Sequence record: FJ373894
DNA length: 64,000 nucleotides
Strand: one strand, 5' to 3'
Source: Shigella phage Ag3
The notes beneath the pieces were generated by a model. It saw only the letters and a program-made list of their open reading frames with translations. It had not been told where the DNA came from and did not search any database. Below, in pieces: positions 17,779-27,577 of this stretch. Each line of letters starts with the position of its first letter. The stretch's first letter is position 1. The translations under genes and the position numbers were made by a program.

Positions 17779-18186
17779 ATGCGTTATGTAGATCGTATGC
17801 TCGGCAAAGACGAGCACGTTATTGCCTTCACCCGCCCGACTTGGTGGAGCGGCTTCTGGATGTATGTGTTGGTTGTGCTTCTGTTTGTGCCAACCTTCGG
17901 CGTCAGCCTGTTGTTCCTGATCCCGACTGTACTGAACGTCCTGACCACTGAATTCGCTGTGACCAACAAGCGTGTCATCGTCAAACGTGGTTTCATCCGT
18001 CGTGATGCTGATGAGTTGCGCATCGGCAAGGTGGAAACAGTGAAGGTCGACCAGTCCATCACAGGTCGCATCCTGGGCTTCTCTACCATCAGTGTCATCG
18101 GTACGGGCGGCACTCGCCTGCTGGCCACGGGTTGTGCTGGCGGCAATGCGTTCCGTCAGAAGATCTACGACCAGCTGGACGATTGA
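17779..18186 (+). CDS. membrane protein with bacterial PH-like domain
   Basis: 135 aa; AAGGAA RBS; TM segments WMYVLVVLLFVPTFGVSLLFLIPTVL followed by a beta-rich domain; pattern reminiscent of bPH domains. Confidence 0.35.
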   Translation: MRYVDRMLGKDEHVIAFTRPTWWSGFWMYVLVVLLFVPTFGVSLLFLIPTVLNVLTTEFAVTNKRVIVKRGFIRRDADELRIGKVETVKVDQSITGRILGFSTISVIGTGGTRLLATGCAGGNAFRQKIYDQLDD

Positions 18187-18188
18187 TT

Positions 18189-18401
18189 GTGATCACTTCA
18201 GGCTACACCATCGACCTGTATTGTGAATGCTCCGACTGCAAATCATGTAGTTGGGCTTGGGAAGAACACCACCCCAAATGCGGGTTCAAGCAGTACTCTG
18301 GTGAGACTTGGGGTGAGTGTGTCAAACAGGCGCGAGCAGACGGCTGGCAAATCGGGCGTGACAGATATACCTGCTACGCCCCTGGCCACAAAAGAAGTTA
18401 A
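18189..18401 (+). CDS. possible small Cys-rich protein
   Basis: GTG start 18189; CECSDCKSC ... C ... C; weak RBS; 4-nt convergent overlap with next gene. Confidence 0.2.
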   Translation: MITSGYTIDLYCECSDCKSCSWAWEEHHPKCGFKQYSGETWGECVKQARADGWQIGRDRYTCYAPGHKRS

Positions 18402-19012
18402 GGCAATAGAAGTCCATCATCCCGCTCCGTTGGGGCGGGTTTAATCTCCTTCCGCATCTGTTCCTTCAGCACCCTGACGCGTTCGGCATGTCGGCGGTCT
18501 TGCATCTCCATATCCCGTTTCTTCTTCGACTTCAGCTCAAACTGTTTGCGGACATCCGGATCTTCACCTGGAACAAGATGCTCTTCAGTCCAGATAATGA
18601 ACTTCCAGTTCTTCTTGGCACACAGTTCACGGGTAGCCTCCCACTTGGCAGAGTTGACCAGCCAGGTTCGCATCGCATTGTTGAATGTCGACTCCTTCAT
18701 GTTCGGAGTCTTCTTCGGCTGCTTGATCTGGTCTTTGGGCTTGATCTCAATGAGGGTGACCTGCAGTTCCTCTTGCCCTTCACGGCGCGTCCAGACCTTG
18801 AGGTCCATGAAGTAACGATGGGTGCGCCCGTCGACTGGGGAAATGTAAGGGATTACAGTCTCCTCGCTCGACCACTTCACTATCGCGGAGTTCATATCAC
18901 AGAACTTGAAAGCCACCAACTCCAGCGAAGAGCGGAAGATGATGTTGTTCACATTCCCCTGATACTTCTTGGGATTAACCGGGGTGTATTTCCCCTGAAG
19001 ATAGTTGCTCAT
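18398..19012 (-). CDS. gp4-like head completion protein
   Basis: 204 aa; N-terminal pattern GKYTPVNPKKYQGNVNNIIFRSSLE...VKWSSEETVIPY...RYFMD...EIKP matches the T4 gp4/gp2 family signature as recalled. Confidence 0.5.
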   Translation of the reverse strand: MSNYLQGKYTPVNPKKYQGNVNNIIFRSSLELVAFKFCDMNSAIVKWSSEETVIPYISPVDGRTHRYFMDLKVWTRREGQEELQVTLIEIKPKDQIKQPKKTPNMKESTFNNAMRTWLVNSAKWEATRELCAKKNWKFIIWTEEHLVPGEDPDVRKQFELKSKKKRDMEMQDRRHAERVRVLKEQMRKEIKPAPTERDDGLLLP

Positions 19013-19062
19013 AATTTAGTCCTAAATAGCCATAACACTCTATCTATTTAAGGGCTGAGACC

Positions 19063-20031
19063 ATGTCCGACTTCAAAAAGACAATCGATAAGATCAAAGT
19101 TCTGAACACGAAGGGATTGTCCCAGGCTCAGAAGCAATTGACTTATCCCCTGGACGTCACTGGGGGTAAGACCCTGGGACACTATGTCCTATTCAACATC
19201 AACCGCATCTCCGGTTCATCTTACGGTGACACGGCTACCCAGACTGTCGAGAACCCAATACAGAATCCTCTGGGGAATACTCCTGTGGTCTATGGGTCCA
19301 AGTCTGGTTCCATCACCAAATATGCATGGGCGCGTCACGTTCGCTCGAACGAATCTATTGTTCTGTGTATGCCAGAGTCCATTACAACCAACTATGGCGT
19401 TGGCTGGAATGGCAGTGAGCTGGGGCTGGCTGGAATGGGGGCACAGTTCCTTTCCCGCGCCGCCCAAGACATGACTCAGTTTAAACTGGGTGATGCGCTC
19501 AACGTCGGGAAGGAGATGGGGCGATTCGCTGCCACCAAGGCCATTCAGTCGGCCTCTGAGTCTATTCCGTTCCTACCGACCATCAACGCCCATGACACCC
19601 TTGAGTTGTTCACAGGCACCATGACCAACCCGTATGTGGAGATGATCTTCCAGGGCGTCCGCAACCGTGAGATTCCATTTACATTCAAATTCACGCCGCG
19701 ATCTCAGAAGGAAGCCAAGATGGTCCGTGAGATCATCCGTCTGTTCAAGATGCACATGTACCCTGAGTACAAGTACAACAAGAACTCCAGTGCCTTCTAT
19801 CTGCATCCATCGACCTTTGATATCACGTTCATGGTCAATGGTGAGCGTAACCAATGGCTCCACCGCATCTCCACTTGTGTACTTTCCAACATGTTCGTCA
19901 ACGAGACGCCGGACAGTTCATACGCGGTTCACAAAGATGATGGTATCGTGTCCACGCAGGTTGACATGACCTTCATCGAACTGGAGCCTCTGCATAAAGG
20001 GCGCTTTGAAACCGAAGGCGATAGCTTCTAA
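19063..20031 (+). CDS. putative baseplate/tail structural protein
   Basis: 322 aa; heads an operon ending in a tape-measure-like gene; call by context only. Confidence 0.3.
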   Translation: MSDFKKTIDKIKVLNTKGLSQAQKQLTYPLDVTGGKTLGHYVLFNINRISGSSYGDTATQTVENPIQNPLGNTPVVYGSKSGSITKYAWARHVRSNESIVLCMPESITTNYGVGWNGSELGLAGMGAQFLSRAAQDMTQFKLGDALNVGKEMGRFAATKAIQSASESIPFLPTINAHDTLELFTGTMTNPYVEMIFQGVRNREIPFTFKFTPRSQKEAKMVREIIRLFKMHMYPEYKYNKNSSAFYLHPSTFDITFMVNGERNQWLHRISTCVLSNMFVNETPDSSYAVHKDDGIVSTQVDMTFIELEPLHKGRFETEGDSF

Positions 20032-20042
20032 GAGAGGATGCC

Positions 20043-20597
20043 ATGAAATATTTTGAGAAGTTTCCCCTTGTTTGGCATCAATTGCAAGATGTCCAAGAGA
20101 ATGACCAGGTGCTGTTACAGAACTTAACGCGCCGGGTAATGATCTTACAGAAAATTAAGGACATCGAAGGGCTTCTCCTGCCGTATACGATCCAAGAGGG
20201 GGAAACCCCAAGGTCTTTCGCAGAACGCGTTTACGGATCCTTCGAGTTGTTTTGGATACCTTGTCTGATAAACGGCATCATGGACATCAATAAGGACTGG
20301 CCGAAACCGGAACGTCGTATTGTTGAAGAACTGACTGCAGACTATGGCATCGATGGTATGTGGGATACAGCCTATTATGTCGACCAGTTCAACAATGTGA
20401 CCGACGCCCGTGCGATCAAATTTGCGTATAACCTGGACCTGGATGAGCCGTCCATAATTGCTAACTATGGTCTGACGGCAGTTTCATATCATGATGATGC
20501 AATCAGTAAGAACGAAGCCAAACGGAACATCCAAGTACTCGACCCAGATTATGTGTCTTCGTTTGTCAATCAGCTGGAGCAGGAGTTGGCGAAATGA
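20043..20597 (+). CDS. putative baseplate hub subunit (gp28-like by size and position)
   Basis: 184 aa; AGAGAGGA RBS; context only. Confidence 0.3.
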   Translation: MKYFEKFPLVWHQLQDVQENDQVLLQNLTRRVMILQKIKDIEGLLLPYTIQEGETPRSFAERVYGSFELFWIPCLINGIMDINKDWPKPERRIVEELTADYGIDGMWDTAYYVDQFNNVTDARAIKFAYNLDLDEPSIIANYGLTAVSYHDDAISKNEAKRNIQVLDPDYVSSFVNQLEQELAK

Positions 20598-21982
20598 TCG
20601 AAAACAGAGAGACCCAAGACGGTATTGTAACACCGTCAACAACATTTGACCTGAAGTATATGGCGATCCTCCCTCATACACCCCAGGGCGGAACACCAAC
20701 GCCATATGACCTGACGGCGTTGTTTGAGGAGTTCAACGTCTTCCAGGATCTGGGTCTTGAAGGGAAGTCATCTCCATCGCTTACAGCCAATGTCTTGATA
20801 AAAGAGGGGTGGGACATTCTGGACACAATGCCTATCTTGGGTGGTGAAGAAGTTGTGGTGTCATTCAAGAGTCCGGCGGCCTCGGATTACACCACTCTCT
20901 CCCTGCGCGTGGCGCGGGTAGGGCGCGTGGCCGATGAGTCCAACAGCTCGTCCAAGAAAGCATTCTGGTTGCACATGGTGACTACCGATGCCTACAAGGA
21001 CAGCATGATCCGCTGCTCCCTCGGTCTTGACGGTTCGTACTCTGACATGGCAAAGGTAATCTTCAATCAGCTGGAGTCGCGCACCAAGTTCGAAGACATC
21101 GACCCGTCATATGGCATTCAAGAGCGATTCGCCACCCCGCTCTGGCCTGTGCTGCGATCTATCGATTATATGGCGAGCCGTTCTTATGACGAATTGTTCA
21201 TGCCATTCGTTTTCTATGAAGACTTCAATGGCTATCACTTCAAGAGCCTGACGACGTTGTTCAACCAGGGAAGCCAGTCATTGACGGCAGAAGAGAAGCA
21301 GGAACTGGCTCAGCAGAACAAGTTATTCCGTGATCCTCAGGACGCACCGCTCATGCAGGATAACAACTTCAACTCTGAGCGTTTCATGCGCACTATCATT
21401 AAGGCAGAGAAGAAGCTGGCGCGTGACCAGTTCATGGCAAACTACCGTGATGTCCTAGCGGTGAACGAGCGTGTCTACGACTTTGAGACCAAGACAGTCA
21501 CCCCAACACAGCGCATCTACACTGAGTGGTTTGCAGAGACGGCTCACCTTGACCCATTCCCGATGTTCTCAGATGAATTCGATCGTCAGAACGTCCGTTA
21601 TATTGAAGCCCAACCGGATGGAGCGGAGCAGATTGATTATGCTCGTCGTGTTATCAACTTCAGTCTTGCCAGTACTGTGATGCGCGTGTTGCTCGTTGGT
21701 GATAACCGCCTGAACGTCGGCCAGGTATTCTACATCGAAGACCAGTCCAACCGTCCTAAGAAGAACGAAAACCTGGCAGAGTTAAGTAAGCTATCGACAG
21801 GCCACTATATCGTGACCAAAGTACGTCACAAGATTTCCCGCCTGACCAAAGATTATCAGTGCATCGCTGAGATTGCCAAGGACAGTTTGCTGGAGCAGGT
21901 GCTTCCACCTCAGACCAATCAGACAACTGCTTCCACCACTACTCCTCAGGCGATTGAGAAAGGCCAAGCACAGAAGGTTTAA
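20594..21982 (+). CDS. putative baseplate hub subunit (gp27-like by position)
   Basis: 462 aa; ATGA coupling; context only. Confidence 0.3.
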   Translation: MIENRETQDGIVTPSTTFDLKYMAILPHTPQGGTPTPYDLTALFEEFNVFQDLGLEGKSSPSLTANVLIKEGWDILDTMPILGGEEVVVSFKSPAASDYTTLSLRVARVGRVADESNSSSKKAFWLHMVTTDAYKDSMIRCSLGLDGSYSDMAKVIFNQLESRTKFEDIDPSYGIQERFATPLWPVLRSIDYMASRSYDELFMPFVFYEDFNGYHFKSLTTLFNQGSQSLTAEEKQELAQQNKLFRDPQDAPLMQDNNFNSERFMRTIIKAEKKLARDQFMANYRDVLAVNERVYDFETKTVTPTQRIYTEWFAETAHLDPFPMFSDEFDRQNVRYIEAQPDGAEQIDYARRVINFSLASTVMRVLLVGDNRLNVGQVFYIEDQSNRPKKNENLAELSKLSTGHYIVTKVRHKISRLTKDYQCIAEIAKDSLLEQVLPPQTNQTTASTTTPQAIEKGQAQKV

Positions 21983-21993
21983 CGAGGTGACCC

Positions 21994-23940
21994 ATGGCAC
22001 AGGAAGCAACGAACAATGATGTTGTCAAAGTTCTAGACAAGATCAAGGCGGAGATGATGCAGCGCAAACAACTCCGCGCTCAGAATGAAACCAACAAACA
22101 GCTTGACCGGATGAACAAGAATCTGGCCAAGCTGGAATCTGCTGCTAAACAGGACACCAAGGCCGAGTCCAAGCCATTTGAAATCCGCATCCCGACGGTC
22201 AATGAGATCGTCATGGGATTCGCTCGCATGTCTCCGATCTTCACCCGCGACTTCGGCGTGTGGATGAAGGATACCGTCGATGTGGGCAACGAAGGCAATC
22301 GGGAACTGGAGAACATCGCAGGCAAGATTGACCGCCTCGGTGAGATCACCCGCATGCCAACAGATGACACGTCCCTGGAGTATCTGAACCTCATCTCAGA
22401 TCAGTTGAAGTCGGCCAATGATGACAGCCTCAAGCGCATGGACGAGCAGAGCGTGTCTCTGGTCCGCGTGGGATCATTCCTGAACATGATCGACGGAGTG
22501 ATGATCGAGGTTCGTGATGATGTTGCTGAACTGAAAAAGAACTCCGACGACAGCCTTACTCGCTTGTCTAGCATTGAAGACAAGATTGGGCGCACGGGTG
22601 GTCATATCGTTGGAGCGCTGACACGCATCTTTGATGAAGACCAGAAGTGGCGTGAGAAGGACGAGATGCGCCGTGGGGAAACCGACAAAGAAACGGGTGG
22701 TCATCCTCAGGCGAGTTCTGTTATACCCAAAGACGATGACCAGAAAGACGATTCCTCCGGTATCGGGGCGGCGGTGGCGGCCATGCTTGGCCTGAATGCA
22801 CTGAAGGGATTCCTGCTCAAGCCATTCAAGATCATCGGCGGCGTTGTCGGGGCTTTCCTCGGTATGTTCTCCAAGCTGGGAGAAGGTATCACCAAACTTC
22901 TGGGTCCATTTGGGAAGGTGTTCAAGTTCCTGAAAGTCGGTCCACTGGCTCTTCTGTCTATGATCTGGGACTTCGGTAAAGGCTTCATTGATGCGAAGGA
23001 GATCCTGGGTAAAGGTGCTGTCACGATAGTTGACCGGGTACGGGCGGGCATATCCGAGTTGGTTGGCGGCTTTGGTGATCTATTTGACTGGGTGTCCAAG
23101 ATCTTTGGCTTCGATACAGAGGCGGGAGAAACCCTGCGCAAATACACCCTCATGCTCACTGAGGCTCCCGCTCGCTGGCTGAATGGTATTGTAGACTGGA
23201 TTAGTAACGACTTGTTTGCAGGGATCGGGAGAGGCACGTCTCTTACGGATATCCCCGGCAAGCTGGCAGACAACCTTCAGTCGGAATTGATGAAGCTGGT
23301 CGACTGGATCACAGGGGGTATCGGTAGTGTGATCGACGAGGGCATGGGTGTGGCCAACAAGGTCATTGACGATATCAAGAAGGGATTTGCTGAAAACGTG
23401 AAGAAGCCTTTCTTCAACATGCTGAACGCTATCACCAACGCGATGTTCGATATCGTTGACAAATTCGTCAGTATCATCCCAGACGCTCTGGGTGGACAGG
23501 CTGCGAAGCAGAAGATGGATGAGGCTCGCCAGTCTATGCTGATTGGCACTGATGAGAATCCGTCTCCTAATACGACAGCGGCCTCGCAGCCACAGACGCC
23601 ACCACAACCGAACATTGATCCACAAACGCTGACTCCGATACCTTCTGGTGTGTCTTCAGATTACAAGAATGTGACTGATGACCGCACCTCTCAGCTGAAA
23701 GATGCGTATGGTTCTATTGGGGGTGGTACTCTGGGTGGGGCTATGCCATCACAAGGGAGGGCGCTGTCTAATATTGAACAAGTGCAAGGCGGCTATTCAC
23801 CGCCTCCAGCCAGCGTCGTAATGCCAGTGCAGCAGAATGTGGATGCTTCTAAGAAGATCAACACGACCAATAACTTCAACAGCTCATCCCTTGAGCCTGA
23901 GAACAAAACAGATAATTCCCGCATCCTGTGGGAATGGTAA
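21994..23940 (+). CDS. putative tail tape measure/baseplate hub protein (gp29-like)
   Basis: 648 aa; N-terminal coiled coil, Gly-rich hydrophobic middle (GIGAAVAAMLGLNALKGFLLKPFKIIGGVVGAFLGMF), Pro/Thr-rich C-terminal part. Confidence 0.4.
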   Translation: MAQEATNNDVVKVLDKIKAEMMQRKQLRAQNETNKQLDRMNKNLAKLESAAKQDTKAESKPFEIRIPTVNEIVMGFARMSPIFTRDFGVWMKDTVDVGNEGNRELENIAGKIDRLGEITRMPTDDTSLEYLNLISDQLKSANDDSLKRMDEQSVSLVRVGSFLNMIDGVMIEVRDDVAELKKNSDDSLTRLSSIEDKIGRTGGHIVGALTRIFDEDQKWREKDEMRRGETDKETGGHPQASSVIPKDDDQKDDSSGIGAAVAAMLGLNALKGFLLKPFKIIGGVVGAFLGMFSKLGEGITKLLGPFGKVFKFLKVGPLALLSMIWDFGKGFIDAKEILGKGAVTIVDRVRAGISELVGGFGDLFDWVSKIFGFDTEAGETLRKYTLMLTEAPARWLNGIVDWISNDLFAGIGRGTSLTDIPGKLADNLQSELMKLVDWITGGIGSVIDEGMGVANKVIDDIKKGFAENVKKPFFNMLNAITNAMFDIVDKFVSIIPDALGGQAAKQKMDEARQSMLIGTDENPSPNTTAASQPQTPPQPNIDPQTLTPIPSGVSSDYKNVTDDRTSQLKDAYGSIGGGTLGGAMPSQGRALSNIEQVQGGYSPPPASVVMPVQQNVDASKKINTTNNFNSSSLEPENKTDNSRILWEW

Positions 23941-24606
23941 TCAGATTCCGTGGGCTTGTATTAGCTCACGGAGTCTCTGTTTTGAATATGTTGTATCCTC
24001 ATCCGGAACTACAGCATTCGTCTTCCTGAGCAGGAAAGCCTCAGAGTTCCAGTAGACGTCCTCCCGCAGCTGGGTGTCATACAGGTGGATGAACCCCACT
24101 ATCTTGTTCAGACCAACCAGGAACCACATCGGGAACCGCTTGGTGATGATGTCTGTCAGCAGCGCCGGGTGCCCCTGGCCTGTACCCTTCACATAATCAA
24201 TGAACGTCAGGTTGCGCTCTTTGATGGCCGGGATCATCTCCCTCTCGAACTCCTCAAGGAAGTTGTATGTGAAGTTGTCGTATAGCTTGCGATATTCATC
24301 ATAATTCGATTGCGCCTGGCGGGTAAGCAATGTTGTTACCCAGGTCTTTGGTGATTTGATGAAGTTGGCGATGATGTAATTCTCTACCACTTCACCCTGG
24401 GATGTTTCGAACCGACGAGCCAGGCGAGCAAACTGTTTGCACACGGCTTCCTTCGCCAAGAAGGTTTCGAACTTGTAGTTCATCGGTCCATACAAACTGT
24501 AGTCGAAGTCCTTGGTGGTGAAGTGCAGCTTGATCGCCATGAAGACACAGTAAACGTTGAACGCCCGTTCAAACTGCATTTTTTCCCAATCGGTATACTC
24601 ACGCAT
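23941..24606 (-). CDS. gp59-like helicase loader
   Basis: 221 aa (T4 gp59 about 217); N-terminal hydrophobic/aromatic pattern similar to T4 gp59 as recalled; moderate. Confidence 0.4.
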   Translation of the reverse strand: MREYTDWEKMQFERAFNVYCVFMAIKLHFTTKDFDYSLYGPMNYKFETFLAKEAVCKQFARLARRFETSQGEVVENYIIANFIKSPKTWVTTLLTRQAQSNYDEYRKLYDNFTYNFLEEFEREMIPAIKERNLTFIDYVKGTGQGHPALLTDIITKRFPMWFLVGLNKIVGFIHLYDTQLREDVYWNSEAFLLRKTNAVVPDEDTTYSKQRLRELIQAHGI

Positions 24607-25294
24607 TTTTCATTTCCTCGAAAAACTTAACCCAATTCTCATCATTGTACGGCACCCATCCTTTTTGAAATCTTTGTATGCAACTTTTGGCGGTCATTTC
24701 GGCGCGATCTACCCCCAATTCCTTGGCCATCGTTACATTTCGACATATGCCCAACCTGGCACCATCGGCTACCCACCAATCATAGAATACTCCTGCCAAA
24801 GCCCAATATTTGCGGGTATGCTTCGCATTTGGACTCTCCCAAGGCTTTGAATGGATTTGTTTTAATTTGGAACGTTGTGAATCTGATTTGGGTCTGTCCA
24901 TCAGCGAATCGGAAATTTTCGATCTGTGTTCGCGGGATAACGCCACCCCCTTGAATCTTTCACTGCATTTTCGTTTAAACTCTGGAGTGCTGTTGGCTGC
25001 CTTCATCCTTTCCCATTTTCTGAGAGCAAACTCTTCATATTGGCGTGAAGTTTGTGATTTTGATCTATTTCTCATCAAAGAAAAGATTTTCACGTATGCA
25101 GGGGACATACTGAATATCTTGGCCAAAAGTTTGTGAACTATGAAATGCTCCCGAGCAGTTAGAACAGCAATATTCTCCGCAGTATCACTCCCTCCCAAGC
25201 TCCTGGGTTCTCTATGGTGTCTTTCTGAATACCCAATCAGATTGCGAGAATAAGACCTTTCAAGGATAGAAAACAACGCTCGGGTGTAGTTCAT
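24599..25294 (-). CDS. HNH homing endonuclease
   Basis: HNH motif ERHHREPRSLGGSDTAENIAVLTAREH; paralogous to ORF 55663..56355 (shared MNY.., GYSE.HH..P..GGSD, KPWESP, GWNP motifs). Confidence 0.75.
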   Translation of the reverse strand: MNYTRALFSILERSYSRNLIGYSERHHREPRSLGGSDTAENIAVLTAREHFIVHKLLAKIFSMSPAYVKIFSLMRNRSKSQTSRQYEEFALRKWERMKAANSTPEFKRKCSERFKGVALSREHRSKISDSLMDRPKSDSQRSKLKQIHSKPWESPNAKHTRKYWALAGVFYDWWVADGARLGICRNVTMAKELGVDRAEMTAKSCIQRFQKGWVPYNDENWVKFFEEMKNA

Positions 25295-25629
25295 TTGCGC
25301 TTCCTCTTATTTCGCCCAGCTTCTACATCATTTAGTTTCAGCCAGTTGGTCTCCTTGACGTCAGAAGACCCCCAGCCCTGGGATTCATGGTGTTTGATGT
25401 ATTTCATCAACTCTGGCATGAGGTCCAGTTCGTGAATAAACCGCAACACCAGCATGAACCGCTTGAAGGAAACAGGAATCTGTCGATACCCCATAGTCCA
25501 ATGGTTCACCACGTTAGAGCAAGACAGCACCCTTGTCAATGCGCTCTGGTTCATCCCCATCATCTTCAAGAATTTCAATAGGAACAGAGAGTCATTATTT
25601 TCCTTGACTTCTCGAAGTTTTGAAATCAT
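25291..25629 (-). CDS. putative XRE-type helix-turn-helix protein
   Basis: MNQSALTRVLSCSNVVNHWTMGYRQIP resembles Cro/C1-type HTH; start uncertain (25629 or an internal Met). Confidence 0.35.
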   Translation of the reverse strand: MISKLREVKENNDSLFLLKFLKMMGMNQSALTRVLSCSNVVNHWTMGYRQIPVSFKRFMLVLRFIHELDLMPELMKYIKHHESQGWGSSDVKETNWLKLNDVEAGRNKRKRK

Positions 25630-25852
25630 GATATTTGTCCGCTAATGTCTTGTAATGTTTGTCAGGATTATACTCCTGTTTGGAATAGTGAAGAGTAAGG
25701 GAAGCGCTCAGACCGAGGATCATCACGGCGATGAGAACCCTGTGGTTCTTGATGTCGGGAATAGCTATCCACACCAGCACCATCACAAGCGAGCTGACAA
25801 CCAAGGACAGCAAGAACGTTAATGTACACACCAATGCGAATAGCTCGTCCAT
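25595..25852 (-). CDS. small membrane protein
   Basis: 85 aa; two TM segments. Confidence 0.4.
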   Translation of the reverse strand: MDELFALVCTLTFLLSLVVSSLVMVLVWIAIPDIKNHRVLIAVMILGLSASLTLHYSKQEYNPDKHYKTLADKYHDFKTSRSQGK

Positions 25853-25853
25853 A

Positions 25854-26099
25854 TTACACCTCTTTGTGATTCTTCATCTTGCGAACAGTGCCCACAAATC
25901 CAAGATCCTTCCCACAGTGGGTGCAGATAGCATGGCAAGCACGGTTCTCGCGGTAGGTGCTGTGCTTACAGCGCCATTGCCTGAAAGCCGAACGGATAAC
26001 CGGAATCATGCCGATACAGAAGAGGACCAGGAACACGATACCGGATATCTGAAGTTCAACCAAGAACTTCGCCCACCAGAAACTCATATACTCGCCCAT
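25854..26099 (-). CDS. small membrane protein with C-terminal zinc-ribbon-like motif
   Basis: About 81 aa from ATG 26099 (GGAG upstream); TM helix, then C-x6-C-x2-H-C (CHAICTHC); overlaps the ligase 3' end by about 44 nt. Confidence 0.35.
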   Translation of the reverse strand: MGEYMSFWWAKFLVELQISGIVFLVLFCIGMIPVIRSAFRQWRCKHSTYRENRACHAICTHCGKDLGFVGTVRKMKNHKEV

Positions 26100-27522
26100 T
26101 ATCCGACTCCAACAGGAACACGATGTTTTCGATGTACGCTTTTTGAATCGCATAGACTTCATCCAGCGTGTTGGCCACTTTCTTGTCAATACGGATTTCC
26201 GCAAGGCGTGGCAGGAACAATGACTTCAGCGCATCATCTGTCTTATCCTGTACGCCATTGGAGAGCACTGCGGCAATCTTGCCAATGTAGTCGCCCTGGT
26301 TCTCCCACATCCGGAGCCTCAGCTCATCTGAGATCCCTGAGACGCCAACAACAAGCAAGCCATCGGAAGTCTTACACAGCAGGGAGCCAAAGGTCTTGGC
26401 GTGTTTGCCCTTCTTGTCCGCCTCGTTGAAGCCCACAATTTCAAGGTCACACTCAACCTCCATCTTCAGCTTCAGACCTTCGGAAGAAGTCCCATCTTCC
26501 CACGGCATGTCGGCGGCCTTACAGATCGTGCCTTCTTCTTTGCGAGCCAGCGCGTCTTTGAAGTGGTCGACAGCTTCGGCAAATGAGTGAACAACACGGG
26601 TTTCCTGGACCTGTACCAGCCCATCTTCTCCGTGGAACATTTGCATGATCATGTCGAAGCGGGTTTCATACGGTAGGTCTATGCGCTCGGCGTTGAACCA
26701 CTTCTCATAAGGTACGACATCCCACACCCGGTAGATCACCTGATAACGATCTTCCAGGGGTTCGCCAGTCTGAATCACGCTGTTGAGTTTGCCGTTGCCG
26801 ACAGCACGAGGTAGGATAGAATTCGACTTGAGGTCAACAACGAGTAGTTCGCCATGGAACACACTCTCACCAATCCCCGTATCATAGATGATGTCCTTGA
26901 ACACCAGTGACAGGTTATCAACCGAACCGCCTGCGATAAGGGAACCGGAGCGAGAGCGTATCTCAGGCGCTTTGTTGTAACGGCAGATGATATTGGCGAA
27001 CATACCGTCTGACTTCAGCTGGCTGTAGACGCCGCGCTTGAAGTCCATCTTCTTCAGCAGGTCAATCGTCATGTTGTCGTAACGATGATACGGAAGGATG
27101 TTGATCAGGCGTCCAGTGCCTCCGGCGGCGTTGAATGCAGCGTTGATGCCCTTCTCAGCAATACCCGCCTTGATATCACGGTCCAGGATCATCTGGATGA
27201 GTTCGTGATACTGTGGGTCCATCTTCAGGGCAACAGAGGCCAGCAGGGCATCAGCCTTTTGACCACCGACAAGGCGCTGCGCCATCTGGTCGAGGACGTC
27301 ATAGACTTCGCTGATGTCATCAGTCTTCTCACGGACGAGCATGCGAGGATACGCGCTGAGCTTCAACTCAGTCCGATAGAACGACGTCATTGGGTCATAG
27401 ACATACTGCAGGAAGTCTACCAAGTCTGGGTTGTTCTTGAATGCTTCAGTCAGCACGGCTTTCTTCGCATTGCTGCCTTTGGTTTCGCGAAGTCGGTGGA
27501 CTGTTTCGAGGATAGGGATCAT
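26056..27522 (-). CDS. ATP-dependent DNA ligase (T4 gp30-like)
   Basis: 488 aa (T4 ligase 487); adenylation motif region SQLKSDGMF (KxDG); GGAG RBS. Confidence 0.8.
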   Translation of the reverse strand: MIPILETVHRLRETKGSNAKKAVLTEAFKNNPDLVDFLQYVYDPMTSFYRTELKLSAYPRMLVREKTDDISEVYDVLDQMAQRLVGGQKADALLASVALKMDPQYHELIQMILDRDIKAGIAEKGINAAFNAAGGTGRLINILPYHRYDNMTIDLLKKMDFKRGVYSQLKSDGMFANIICRYNKAPEIRSRSGSLIAGGSVDNLSLVFKDIIYDTGIGESVFHGELLVVDLKSNSILPRAVGNGKLNSVIQTGEPLEDRYQVIYRVWDVVPYEKWFNAERIDLPYETRFDMIMQMFHGEDGLVQVQETRVVHSFAEAVDHFKDALARKEEGTICKAADMPWEDGTSSEGLKLKMEVECDLEIVGFNEADKKGKHAKTFGSLLCKTSDGLLVVGVSGISDELRLRMWENQGDYIGKIAAVLSNGVQDKTDDALKSLFLPRLAEIRIDKKVANTLDEVYAIQKAYIENIVFLLESDNGRVYEFLVGEVLG

Positions 27523-27531
27523 GCGGTGTCT

Positions 27532-27564
27532 CCAGGGTTATATGTGCTGCTATTATAACCCTGG
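27532..27564. repeat. 11-bp perfect inverted repeat with 11-nt spacer, immediately upstream of ligase start
   Basis: CCAGGGTTATA ... TATAACCCTGG; one arm overlaps the ligase GGAG Shine-Dalgarno sequence on the mRNA. Confidence 0.6.
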
Positions 27565-27577
27565 GGACTTCAATAGA

